Shown here in pieces: positions 1-9,435 of a DNA stretch of 61,735 bases (positions within the stretch are counted from its first letter, which is position 1; each line of letters starts with the position of its first letter). The stretch is from contig JAFWPR010000005.1 of NCBI GenBank assembly GCA_017545225.1, positions 1-61,735 on the forward strand, in the 5' to 3' direction. Origin of the DNA: Clostridia bacterium (GTDB lineage Bacteria; Bacillota; Clostridia; Oscillospirales; CAG-272). The position numbers and the translations under genes were made by a program. Under the pieces are notes generated by a model. The model ran no database searches, was not told the DNA's origin, and saw only the letters and a list, made by a program, of their open reading frames with translations.

Positions 1-293
1 ATAAAAGTATATCAAAAGGTAGGTTTTATTGTCCAGAAAAAAATGGGGGAGCGCACGAACGCGAGACTGCCATAGTGCGCGAAGTGCGCTGAAAAACACG
101 AAACAAGCTAAAAAACGTGCGACAACTCGAGTAGCTCGCAAAACTACTTACGAAACTCACTCCCCAAGAACGTCTGCGAAATATCCCGATGACGATATCG
201 GCTCGCCACCGTTTATCAGATGATTCACGTCGCCCAGCCGCTCCACGCGGAAAAACGCCTGTCCTTCAAGCCGTTCCTCACTGTTCACGACCG

Positions 294-965
294 TTATCGA
301 AGTCGGCGCGACAAAGAATCCCTGCCACAGCTGCATCGGCCCCCGTCCGTCCGGACGCGCGAGGAAGAGACGTCGAATCCGCACGATCTGACGGACTCGA
401 CCGCGTGATCGATCGAGTTATAGAAGATCCTCATGTCGCGAAGAAGAAGGCGCCGCTTGAATTCCGTCTCGAACTTCCCCGTTCCCGGCCTGCCTGCGGA
501 ATGCGGCTCTTCGGGCGGGATCGGGAGGGGATCGCCCGAGCAAAGGAGCGTTTCGACAAATTCCTCCGCGGAGGCGACGTTCATCTTCCTTTTTATCATT
601 TCGCGCAGAGCCGAAATCCTTCTCGAGCGGTCGGACAGGCGGAGCGCGGCGCGGGCGTGGCGTTCGGTCAGCCCCGAGGCGCGGATTATCTCTCTCTCCT
701 CGCCCGTAAAACGGAGTAGGCGAAGCTTGTTTGCGACGTAAGACTGGCTGACGGATAAACGCTCGGCGATTTTTTCCTGCGTCAGACCGCTCGATCCGAC
801 GAGGGAACTTATAGATTCCGCCTCGTCGAACATATCGGAGCTGCGGCGCCTTCCTTTTTCGGGAGCGAACGGCTGTCCGTCCGGCGGCGGAGTAAGCGGA
901 CGCTCGGGTGTTTGACCGTTTTGCTGCGCGGCGGGTACGCGGACGGGAGTAAGAAGATCGTTCAT
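294..965 (-). CDS. Noc/ParB-family HTH protein lacking the N-terminal ParB (CTPase) domain
   Basis: HTH LTQEKIAERLSVSQSYVANKLRLL plus LTERHARAALRL and a Noc-like C-terminal DMRIFYNSIDHAVESVR. AAAGGA RBS before the ATG. No GxRRxxA motif. Confidence 0.8.
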   Translation of the reverse strand: MNDLLTPVRVPAAQQNGQTPERPLTPPPDGQPFAPEKGRRRSSDMFDEAESISSLVGSSGLTQEKIAERLSVSQSYVANKLRLLRFTGEEREIIRASGLTERHARAALRLSDRSRRISALREMIKRKMNVASAEEFVETLLCSGDPLPIPPEEPHSAGRPGTGKFETEFKRRLLLRDMRIFYNSIDHAVESVRSCGFDVSSSRVRTDGGRCSCGRDSLSRRLR

Positions 966-1278
966 AGCGGTATCCTTTCGGCTGAGATGCTTTCGTTCGG
1001 ATAAATCCTGTTACCCTAAAGTATATTACGGTCCCTGCGCAAAAACGCGCGGGTTGAGTCGGCGCAAAAGAATTTGTTTTGGGTGCGGCAGTCGTCCGAA
1101 GCGTCAAAATGTCGACCCGGCACGACGTTCCGGAAGGGAGCGAACGGCCGTTCATAATTTTGATAATATTGTCACAAATAAGTCACATTTAGTTCTTATT
1201 TATGAATAGTGTAGTGGGAAATGCACAAAAACGACGAAAAACGACGCAGGCGGGGAACGGGAGAAAAACGCCGGTTTG

Positions 1279-1388
1279 TTTTCAACAAAGGTTTTCAACA
1301 GGATGTTGAAAAAAACGGTGTTTCAAGGGCAAACCGAAGCTATAAAGGCGGAGTTTTCCACATTTTCCACATACGGAACCGTTGAAAA
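1279..1388. promoter_or_regulatory. DnaA-box cluster
   Basis: TTTTCCACA at 1354 and 1363 (match TTWTNCACA). TTTTCAACA at 1279 and 1292. Inverted TGTTGAAAA at 1304 and CGTTGAAAA at 1380. Confidence 0.6.
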
Positions 1389-1611
1389 CTCAAAAACGGG
1401 AACGCCCCCGAATACTTTTTCAAGTGCCTAAATGGAGAAATTAGAACATTTTCCGATGAAAAATATCAAAAAAACGGGCGAAACGGTAAAACGCGATTTT
1501 TTAACGAGAAAGCGAACAGAGGTTCGCATAAAAGGCTCGGTTGGGGTAATAAAGAGGGATGCGGCAGAGTATCTTTTTTTCGTAAAAAAGTATTCCCGGA
1601 GGGGATTAAAT

Positions 1612-2955
1612 ATGAGAATCGCACGTCGAGCCTCGCTTGTCTTTGCCGTTCTTTTATTACTTCTGACGTCGTGTTCTCGCGCTCTGCCCGATGAGTCCGT
1701 GCCGCGATCCGACCCGGGGGGCCCTCGGGAGGAAGATACTTCTTCCCGGTCATCCTTTCCCGAAGGGACGGAACTCTTGGTTATCCGATCGGGGGGCGGC
1801 GATCGCGAGTCGCTGACCCGCGCCGTGCGTCTGCGCGATATGACCGTAGCCGAGAGGACCGGAGTCACGCTGAAATACGCCGACGCCGCGGACGACGGGG
1901 CGGCGCTTATCGCCGCGCGCGCCGATCAACTGTCGGGAGAGCGCGAATACTGCGCCGCGGAGGGATCGTTTTCACGCCTTTGCGCGCCCCTGTTCGCCAA
2001 AGGCGCGCTGCGCGCGGCGGAAGAGTTCGGCGGCGCGCTCGGGACGGCGAGTCTTAATCCGTCGCTGAAAACGAAATACGGTACGTTTTTCATTACGGGA
2101 GCGGCGGTTCCGGCATCTCTCGGCGACGTTTCCTGCATTGCGGTAAACCTCGGGACGGCGCGCCGTTTCAACGTCAGGATCCCGGACGAAAAAACTCTCG
2201 GAGGACAGTACGGTCGGGACGCGCTTGCCGCATCATCCTCCGTCGTACCGGGCGGGGCGGGGATATTCAGGTACGGCGCGACGGACCGTTCGGTAGGCGC
2301 GGCTATCCTTTGGTCTGCGGGGTTCCGGATCACCGAAGAGACGGCGGACGGGGTCCCCGCCGTCGCCTCCGTCCCGAACGGCGCGAAGGAAGCGTTAGAG
2401 AGAGCGGCAAAGACGCTCGGCGACGGGACAGTGACGTTCATCCCGGACGCGGCGATGCCCGGAGCGGAGCGGGAGGACGCGGTCAGAAGCGCGTTTTCCG
2501 ATCCCGGCATCCTTTATCTGCTGTGTAAAACGGGAGAGATCCCGGCTTTGCTCGACGCCGGGGACGAAATCCGGATCATCCCGTACCCCGGCGGGGAAAG
2601 TTACGCGGACAGCGTGAACGGAACGGCGGCGGCCCTGCTGAAGGGCGGAGGCGCGTCGGAAAAATTCCTGTCGGCGCTCGAAGAGGCGTCTTTGAAATAC
2701 ACGTTCCCCGAGGCGATCGACGCGTGTCTGTCCGGGAGGACACGATACGACGTGGATTCCCGGGACGCGCTCGTTTCGATCCTCTCGTCGCCGCGATACG
2801 AACTCTCCCTCGCCGCCGCGGGAACGGAAGGGGAACGGCTGAACGAAGCGCTCACGGGAGCGGCGTCGGGCCGCGCGGATGCGCTCGCCGGGTGGGAACG
2901 GAAAGCGGCGCTTGCGTCCGAGCGGATCAAAATGATATTCGGGGCGGATCCCTGA
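1612..2955 (+). CDS. Lipoprotein, divergent extracellular solute-binding-protein-like
   Basis: GGAGGGG RBS before ATG 1612. Lipobox LLLTSC. AVRLRDMTVAERTGVTL and RTRYDVDSRDALVSIL resemble clostridial SBP motifs. Confidence 0.65.
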   Translation: MRIARRASLVFAVLLLLLTSCSRALPDESVPRSDPGGPREEDTSSRSSFPEGTELLVIRSGGGDRESLTRAVRLRDMTVAERTGVTLKYADAADDGAALIAARADQLSGEREYCAAEGSFSRLCAPLFAKGALRAAEEFGGALGTASLNPSLKTKYGTFFITGAAVPASLGDVSCIAVNLGTARRFNVRIPDEKTLGGQYGRDALAASSSVVPGGAGIFRYGATDRSVGAAILWSAGFRITEETADGVPAVASVPNGAKEALERAAKTLGDGTVTFIPDAAMPGAEREDAVRSAFSDPGILYLLCKTGEIPALLDAGDEIRIIPYPGGESYADSVNGTAAALLKGGGASEKFLSALEEASLKYTFPEAIDACLSGRTRYDVDSRDALVSILSSPRYELSLAAAGTEGERLNEALTGAASGRADALAGWERKAALASERIKMIFGADP

Positions 2956-3029
2956 CGGGCGCGGCGCGTCTTTTTTTCGCGGCGCGGGAATAAAATGAAA
3001 AGAAGCAAAGACGGCGCAAGGAGAAAAAG

Positions 3030-5735
3030 ATGAACGACGGGATTACGTTCGAAAAAAGGGATCAACGGCGCGTCCGGGATCGCACCGATCCGCCGAGGTC
3101 GGTCGGACTTACGGACGCCGAGGCGGAGGATTCCCGCCGCCTTTACGGCAGAAACGAGCTGACGAGGAAGAAAAAGCCGTCGTTTTTCGCCGATCTTCTG
3201 AGAAATCTGTCCGATCCGATAATCAGGATCCTCCTCTGCGCCATGGGGATAAACGCGGCGCTGACTTTCCGCAATATAAATTGGGTAGAGATCGGCGGGA
3301 TCGCCTTCACGGTTATGACCGCGACGCTCGTCTCGACGATATCCGAGCACTCGTCTTCCGCGGCGTTCGAGAAACTCGAGCGGAGCGCGAAAACGGAGGA
3401 GTTCACCGTTATAAGAAACGGCGCGGAGCGCCGTGCACCTCCCGCGGAAATAGTGAAGGGCGACCTGCTCGTTCTGTCCGAGGGGGAGATCGTTCCGTGC
3501 GACGGGACCGTCGTCGAGGGGGAGATAAAAGTCGATCAGTCGACGCTCACGGGGGAGTCGCGCCCCGTCTCGAAAATACCGTCTTCCTCGTGGGAGACGG
3601 GGCAGACCGGCGGCGCTTCCGATCCGTCGCAAGTCTTCTCCGGATCGAGCGTCGTTTACGGCGAGTGCCGCGTTCTCGTCACCGCCGTAGGCGATTCGAC
3701 GGCTTACGGGAAGATCGCCTCGGAGCTTCAGGTGCGCGAGGAGCCGAGCCCGCTCAGAGAAAGGCTCAAAAAGCTCGCCGTGTCGATCAGCAGAATAGGG
3801 TACGTCGCTGCGGCGGTCGTCGCCCTGGCGTATATATTCAATGAGTTCGTCATAGGGTCGGGGTTCGATCCCGCCATTATGCGCGAGCGCGTTTCCGACG
3901 TCCGGTTTCTTTCGTCTACGCTCCTGCGCGCGCTCACGGTCGCGGTCTCCGTCGTCGTCGTCGCGGTACCCGAGGGACTGCCCATGATGATCACGGTCGT
4001 TCTGTCCTCGAACATGAAAAAGATGATGAAAAACGGAGTGATCGTGAAAAAACTCGTCGGGATCGAGACGGCGGGGAATATGAGTCTGCTCTTTACCGAC
4101 AAGACGGGGACGATCACGACCGGAAGGATGACTGCGGAGCGCGTGCTGACCGGGGAAGGGACTTTTTCGCCCGGCGAGATAAGAAGGCGGGCGGGCGTTT
4201 TCCGACTGATCGCCGCCGCGTCGTCTTTCTGTTCTCCTCCGGGCGGCGGCAACGCCACGGGGCGGGCGGCGGATGCCGTCGCGAACTCGTCGCGCCCGTC
4301 CGGGATGAGGGGGCTCTCGCGCCTTCCGTTCGACTCCGCACGCAAGTACGCGGCGGCGCTCGTCTTCGACGAAAAGACGGGAAAAAAGATAACAATCATG
4401 CGCGGCGCGCCGGAACTCATACTGCCTCGCTGCGCTTATTTCACCGCGTCGGACGGCGCGGAAGCCCCTATGAAGGGAAGGGCGGCCTCGGCGATCCTCT
4501 CGCGGATCGCGGAGGAGGAGAGCGAAGCCGTCCGCGTTCTCGCTCAGGCTTCGGGACCGGCGGACGCATACGAAAAACTCGCCCGCGGGGAGATACCCGA
4601 GGGCCTCGCGTTCACCTGCGCGTTCTTCATAAAGGACGAGGTGAGAAAAACGGTGCGCGCTTCGGCGGAGGAGTGCCGGGGCGCGGGGATCCGCGTGATA
4701 ATGATAACGGGAGACGGAAAAAACACCGCCTGCGCTGTCGCGCGGGCGGCGGGACTTCTGCCGAAAAGAAAGAGCGGCGACTCGGCCGTTCTGTCCTCGG
4801 AGCAGATCGGAGCGATGAGCGACGAAGAACTTGCGGCGGCGCTGCCTGAAATATCGGTGATCTACCGCGTAACTCCCGCGGACAAGAGCCGCCTCGTCAG
4901 GGCGGCGCGCCTTGCCGGTCACGTCGTCGGTATGACGGGCGACGGGGTGAACGACGCCCCCGCGCTCCGCGCGGCGGACGTCGGATTCGCGATGGGGAGC
5001 GGCGCGGAGGTCGCCAAAGAGGCGGGCGACGTCGTGATCTCGGACGACGATTTTTCCTCGATCACGCGCGCCGTGCTCTACGGGCGGACGATCTTCGAGA
5101 GCATCCGAAAATTCATAACGTTCCAGCTTATTATGAACCTATGCGCGGTCGGCGTCTCGGTGATCGGCCCGCTGATCGGAATAAAGACGCCGATCACGAT
5201 TCCGCAGATGCTGTGGATCAATATAATAATGGACACGCTCGGTTCTCTCGCGTTCGCGGGAGAGGCGCCGAGGGCGTCGTTCATGAAGCGCGCGCCGCGC
5301 CGCAGAGAGGAGCCGATCCTCTCGCGGGACACGGTGAAGACGATCGTCTCGCGCGGGCTTTACTCGCTCGGATTTTTCGTCTGGTTTCTGACGTCGCACT
5401 TCGTCAGAGAGCGGTTCGGCGACGGGGACGAGTATTTTCTGACCGCGTTTTTCGCGCTTTTCGTCTTTTTCGGGATCGCGAACGCGATGATCGCGCGGTG
5501 CGAGAGGGCGAATATCCTCGCGGGTCTGTTCGGCAACGCGCCGTTCGTTCTGATAATGGCGCTCGTCGCGGCGGTGCAGCTGCTCCTGATCGGTTTCGGC
5601 GGCGAGGCGTTCCGCACCGTGCCGCTCGCGCGAGCCGACGTTTTCCTCGCCGCCGCCTTCGCCGTCACCGTCTTTCCGGCTGATCTGATCTTCAAACTCA
5701 CTCTATCACACAAAAGAAAACCCCGCGGGAAATGA
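3030..5735 (+). CDS. Cation-translocating P-type ATPase (Ca2+-type, P2)
   Basis: LTGES, VPEGLP, DKTGTIT, MITGD and TGDGVNDAPAL motifs; multiple TM segments. Confidence 0.95.
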   Translation: MNDGITFEKRDQRRVRDRTDPPRSVGLTDAEAEDSRRLYGRNELTRKKKPSFFADLLRNLSDPIIRILLCAMGINAALTFRNINWVEIGGIAFTVMTATLVSTISEHSSSAAFEKLERSAKTEEFTVIRNGAERRAPPAEIVKGDLLVLSEGEIVPCDGTVVEGEIKVDQSTLTGESRPVSKIPSSSWETGQTGGASDPSQVFSGSSVVYGECRVLVTAVGDSTAYGKIASELQVREEPSPLRERLKKLAVSISRIGYVAAAVVALAYIFNEFVIGSGFDPAIMRERVSDVRFLSSTLLRALTVAVSVVVVAVPEGLPMMITVVLSSNMKKMMKNGVIVKKLVGIETAGNMSLLFTDKTGTITTGRMTAERVLTGEGTFSPGEIRRRAGVFRLIAAASSFCSPPGGGNATGRAADAVANSSRPSGMRGLSRLPFDSARKYAAALVFDEKTGKKITIMRGAPELILPRCAYFTASDGAEAPMKGRAASAILSRIAEEESEAVRVLAQASGPADAYEKLARGEIPEGLAFTCAFFIKDEVRKTVRASAEECRGAGIRVIMITGDGKNTACAVARAAGLLPKRKSGDSAVLSSEQIGAMSDEELAAALPEISVIYRVTPADKSRLVRAARLAGHVVGMTGDGVNDAPALRAADVGFAMGSGAEVAKEAGDVVISDDDFSSITRAVLYGRTIFESIRKFITFQLIMNLCAVGVSVIGPLIGIKTPITIPQMLWINIIMDTLGSLAFAGEAPRASFMKRAPRRREEPILSRDTVKTIVSRGLYSLGFFVWFLTSHFVRERFGDGDEYFLTAFFALFVFFGIANAMIARCERANILAGLFGNAPFVLIMALVAAVQLLLIGFGGEAFRTVPLARADVFLAAAFAVTVFPADLIFKLTLSHKRKPRGK

Positions 5736-5751
5736 ATCCCACGGGGTTTTT
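5717..5751. terminator. Bidirectional intrinsic terminator between the ATPase and valS
   Basis: AAAACCCCGCGGGA...TCCCACGGGGTTTT hairpin with A/T tails between convergent genes. Confidence 0.75.
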
Positions 5752-5760
5752 GCCTGTCTG

Positions 5761-8388
5761 TTATTCTCCCAGAGCGGCGAGCGCGGAGACGATACCGTCC
5801 TTCTTTTCGGTGAACTTCGCAAGCTTGACGCGCTCCGCGTCGACGACGGCGGCGGGCGCTTTCTCGGTGAAGCCCTTATTGGACAGTTTACCTTCGACGC
5901 GGGCGATCTCGGCGTTCACTTTTTCGAGTTCCGAGCAGAGACGCGTTTTTTCCTCTTCGGGATCGACGAGATCCGTCATAGGGATGAAGACGGTCGCGCT
6001 GTCGGTGACGATGCGGACCGAACCGGACTCGGAGTGATCGCTCACGATCTCGAGCGAGGACGCTCCGGCGAGTCTTTTGAAAAACTCTTCCGTTCCCTCG
6101 AACGCGTGAGGATACTTCGTCGCGATGAAGAGCGACGTTCTGCGCGACGGCTTGACGCCTATCTCCGCGCGGCGTTGTCTGATCGCGCCGATGGCTGCGA
6201 TCACGCGCTCCATATCCTCCGCCTCGGCGGGGAACGACGGGATATTTTCGGCGACGGGGTAATCCTTGACCATGATATAACCCACCTCGCCCGGCAGACC
6301 CGAGTAAATTTCCTCGGTGATGAACGGCATGAACGGATGAAGGAGTTTCAGCGTTTCGCGAAGCACGTACGCCAGCACGTTCTGCGCGTCTTTCGATCTT
6401 TCTTTGTCCTCTCCCGAGACCGATTTCTTCGACAGCTCGATATACCAGTCGCAGTACTCGTCCCAGATGAAGTCGTAGATCGCCGAGAGAGCGATGCCGA
6501 TCTCGTAGTTTTCGAGGTTGTTCTCGGCGGCTGCAGCCGCTGCGGACAGTTTCGTGAGGATCCACTTGTCCTCCGGCGCGAGTTTGTCGGCGTCGGGCAG
6601 TTCGATCCGGTCGATATCGAGGTTCATCATCACGAAACGCGCCGCGTTCCACAGCTTGTTCGCGAAGTTGCGCGCCGCCTCGATCTTCTCGTCGGAGAAG
6701 CGCATATCGTTTCCGGGGCTGTTGCCCGTCGCGAGAGCGAAGCGGAGCGCGTCCGCGCCGTATTTGTCGATGATCTCGAGCGGATCGATGCCGTTGCCGA
6801 GCGACTTCGACATCTTTCTGCCCTGCGCGTCGCGCACGAGGCCGTGGATCAGCACGGTGTCGAACGGGATCTTGCCCGTGTATTCAAGCGAGGAGAAGAT
6901 CATTCTGGAGACCCAGAAGGTGATGATATCGTAGCCGGTGACGAGCGTGTTAGTCGGGAAGAACCGTTTGAGGTCGGCGGCTTCCGTATCCGGCCAGCCC
7001 ATCGTCGAGAAGGGCCAGAGAGCGGAGGAGAACCAGGTGTCGAGCGTATCGGGGTCCTGACGCATCTCGGCGCCGCAGTCGGGGCAGCGGTCGGGCGCGG
7101 TCTTCGAAACGACCGTCTTCCCACATTTGTCGCAGTAGTATGCGGGGATCCTGTGGCCCCACCAGAGCTGGCGGGAGATACACCAGTCGCGGATATTCTC
7201 CATCCAGTGGAAATAGTTTTTTGAAAAACGGTCCGGGACGAATTTGATCTGTCCCGACCGGACCGCCTCGATCGCCGGGCCGGCGAGAGGCGCCATTTTG
7301 ACGAACCACTGCAGCGACGCGCGCGGCTCGACCGTCGTTCCGCAGCGGTAGCACGTGCCGACGTTGTGGACGTGGTCCTCGACCCGGACGAGGAATCCGC
7401 CCGCCTCGAGGTCGCGGACGATCGCGGCTCTCGCTTCGTAGCGGTCCATTCCGGCGTACGCCGGATAGTCGTCGGTGATCTTCGCATCGGGCGTCATCAC
7501 GTTGACGATCGGCAGATCGTGACGTTTTCCGACCTCGAAGTCGTTCGGGTCGTGCGCCGGGGTGATCTTGACGACGCCGGTGCCGAATTCGATATCGACG
7601 TAGTCGTCCGCGACGACGGGGATCCGTCTGCCGACGAGCGGCAGGATCAGCGTCTTGCCGACGAGATCCTTGTATCTCTCGTCGCTCGGGTTCACCGCGA
7701 CGGCTGTGTCGCCCAGAAGCGTCTCGGGACGGGTCGTCGCGAGTTCGACAAAGCCGGAACCGTCCTCGAACGGATAGCGCAGATGCCAGAAATGGCCGGG
7801 CTGTTCCTCATATTCGACCTCGGCGTCGGAGATCGACGTCAGACAGTGCGGGCACCAGTTGATGATGCGCTCGCCGCGGTAGATGAGGCCCTTTTCGTAA
7901 AGGCGGGTGAAGACCTCGAGAACGGCCTCGGAGCAGCCCTCGTCGAGGGTGAAACGCTCGCGCGACCAGTCGCAGGAGGAGCCCATCTTCTTGAGCTGCT
8001 GAATGATGCGTCCGCCGTACTGACGGCGCCAGTCCCACGCGCGCTCGAGGAATCCGTCTCTGCCGACGTCGTCCTTCGTAAGCCCCTCTTTTTTCATCGC
8101 TTCGACGATCTTCGCTTCCGTGGCGATCGACGCGTGGTCGGTACCGGGCAGCCAGAGCGTCGAGACGCCCTTCATCCTCTTGTGGCGTATGAGGATATCC
8201 TGAAGCGTGTTGTCGAGGGCGTGGCCCATGTGGAGCTGACCCGTGATGTTCGGCGGCGGGATGACGATCGAATAGTGACCCTTCGTCATGTCGTCCGACG
8301 GGGCGAACAGGCCTTTTTCCGACCACTCCGAGTAAATTCTGTCCTCAAACGAGGCGGGGTCGTATGTCTTCGGAAGTTCTTTTTTCAT
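5761..8388 (-). CDS. valS: Valine--tRNA ligase
   Basis: PPPNITGQLHMGH, DWCISRQLWWGHRIP, KMSKS; C-terminal coiled coil. Confidence 0.98.
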   Translation of the reverse strand: MKKELPKTYDPASFEDRIYSEWSEKGLFAPSDDMTKGHYSIVIPPPNITGQLHMGHALDNTLQDILIRHKRMKGVSTLWLPGTDHASIATEAKIVEAMKKEGLTKDDVGRDGFLERAWDWRRQYGGRIIQQLKKMGSSCDWSRERFTLDEGCSEAVLEVFTRLYEKGLIYRGERIINWCPHCLTSISDAEVEYEEQPGHFWHLRYPFEDGSGFVELATTRPETLLGDTAVAVNPSDERYKDLVGKTLILPLVGRRIPVVADDYVDIEFGTGVVKITPAHDPNDFEVGKRHDLPIVNVMTPDAKITDDYPAYAGMDRYEARAAIVRDLEAGGFLVRVEDHVHNVGTCYRCGTTVEPRASLQWFVKMAPLAGPAIEAVRSGQIKFVPDRFSKNYFHWMENIRDWCISRQLWWGHRIPAYYCDKCGKTVVSKTAPDRCPDCGAEMRQDPDTLDTWFSSALWPFSTMGWPDTEAADLKRFFPTNTLVTGYDIITFWVSRMIFSSLEYTGKIPFDTVLIHGLVRDAQGRKMSKSLGNGIDPLEIIDKYGADALRFALATGNSPGNDMRFSDEKIEAARNFANKLWNAARFVMMNLDIDRIELPDADKLAPEDKWILTKLSAAAAAAENNLENYEIGIALSAIYDFIWDEYCDWYIELSKKSVSGEDKERSKDAQNVLAYVLRETLKLLHPFMPFITEEIYSGLPGEVGYIMVKDYPVAENIPSFPAEAEDMERVIAAIGAIRQRRAEIGVKPSRRTSLFIATKYPHAFEGTEEFFKRLAGASSLEIVSDHSESGSVRIVTDSATVFIPMTDLVDPEEEKTRLCSELEKVNAEIARVEGKLSNKGFTEKAPAAVVDAERVKLAKFTEKKDGIVSALAALGE

Positions 8389-8411
8389 GATAATCTCCCT
8401 TCATGTTTCAA

Positions 8412-8660
8412 ATAAAAAAGCGTCCGGATCGAAAGATCAGGACGCGAAAACGCGCGGTACCACCTGAATTCGCTCTTTCCCGAGGGAAAGAACGCGGCTT
8501 TGGCGCCCTTAACGCGGGCGGACGGCGGGAACTGAGGGCGCAAGCCCGTTCATCCCCGCGGCTCCCGAGCGACATCCCGCGGCCTCCTCTGCGGCGATCG
8601 CACCGTCCGCCGCTCTCTTCTAAAGGATCATGCCGTGAAAACTCCCGTTCAACGCCGTTA
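8412..8660 (-). promoter_or_regulatory. T-box riboswitch (Val)
   Basis: Minus strand: AGAGAG and GGTGCGA stem-I motifs, specifier GTC (8573-8571), T-box AATTCAGGTGGTACCGCG, then a terminator hairpin with U-tract before valS. Confidence 0.92.
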
Positions 8661-8702
8661 AAAAATAAAAGGCGGAATTATCCACCGAGGTTAATTGATT
8701 AG

Positions 8703-8777
8703 GGTGAATGATGGGGCTCGAACCCACGACCTCCAGGGCCACAACCTGGCGCTCTAGCCAACTGAGCTACATCCACC
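8703..8777 (-). tRNA. tRNA-His(GTG)
   Basis: Cloverleaf GGTGGATGTAGCTCAGTTGG..., anticodon loop TTGTGGC, GTTCGAG T-loop, G-1. CCA not encoded. Confidence 0.95.
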
Positions 8778-8812
8778 ATGGGTCGAGGAGCTCGGATCGC
8801 GATCTCCCCGGA

Positions 8813-8886
8813 CGTACCTTGGGGGATTCGAACCCTCGACCTACTGCTTAGAAGGCAGTTGCTCTATCCTGCTGAGCTAAAGGTAC
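8813..8886 (-). tRNA. tRNA-Arg(TCT)
   Basis: GTACCTTTAGCTCAG..., anticodon loop CTTCTAA, GTTCGAATC. Confidence 0.95.
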
Positions 8887-8960
8887 TGGAGCGGGTGATG
8901 GGAATCGAACCCACATGACCAGCTTGGAAGGCTGGTGTTCTACCACTGAACTACACCCGC
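8887..8960 (-). tRNA. tRNA-Gly(TCC)
   Basis: GCGGGTGTAGTTCAGTGG..., anticodon loop CTTCCAA, ends CCA. Confidence 0.95.
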
Positions 8961-8974
8961 GTGCCGTGCATTAT

Positions 8975-9003
8975 ATGATATCATCCCTTTTTTTGTTTGT
9001 CAA
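8975..9003 (-). promoter_or_regulatory. sigma-A promoter of the tRNA Gly-Arg-His cluster
   Basis: TTGACA-17 nt-TATCAT with extended TG. Confidence 0.8.
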
Positions 9004-9037
9004 GAGAAAAAATCAAAAAAATCGGGGATGGGTTTGG

Positions 9038-9083
9038 GCTTCCCCTTGAGGGGAAGCTGTCACCGAAGGCGACTGATGAGGTG
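9038..9083. repeat. REP-like double hairpin
   Basis: GCTTCCCC-TTGA-GGGGAAGC followed by GTCACC-GAA-GGCGAC-TGATGAGGTG. Confidence 0.55.
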
Positions 9084-9246
9084 AGACGTGAAGAAAGACT
9101 TCGTTTGGAATCTTGTCAGAGAGGATACTGATTGCCTAGAACGCCGCGCCTGCGGCGCGGAGGGGGCTCGTTCGCGCTCGCGAGGCGAGCCCGCTTTATG
9201 AAAAAATTTTCATAAAACAATAGCTCTGCGCAGCAAAGCCACCGAT

Positions 9247-9324
9247 TCTTTTCTCTCTTCACTGGAAAAAGTCGCATGGGGAACGAAGAGAAGAGAGAAG
9301 AGCGAAGAGAGAAGAGCGAAGAGA
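9247..9324. repeat. Heptamer tandem repeat AGAG(A/C)GA with upstream complementary tract
   Basis: AGAGAGA AGAGCGA AGAGAGA AGAGCGA AGAGA (9292-9324); TCTTTTCTCTCTTC at 9247. Confidence 0.7.
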
Positions 9325-9361
9325 ACAAAAAGAAAAAGCCGCTTTTGCGACTTTTTCTTTT

Positions 9362-9435
9362 TGGAGACGAGGGGGCTCGAACCCATGACCTCTCGGATGT
9401 GAACCGAACGCTCTGACCAGCTGAGCTACGCCTCC
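9362..9435 (-). tRNA. tRNA-Val(CAC)
   Basis: GGAGGCGTAGCTCAGCTGG..., anticodon loop TTCACAT, GTTCGAGCC. Own promoter TTGATT-17-TAGAAT at 9486-9458. Confidence 0.92.

Noticed and set aside
2601-4922. Long antisense ORFs (also 49253-52045, 23023-25071, 28502-30340, 34511-35947 and others)
   Set aside because: Shadow frames of well-supported genes in GC-rich DNA. They are Arg-rich and have no recognisable motifs.
8703-9435. tRNA genes as integration sites of an island
   Set aside because: No integrase and no duplicated tRNA 3' end seen elsewhere in the window.
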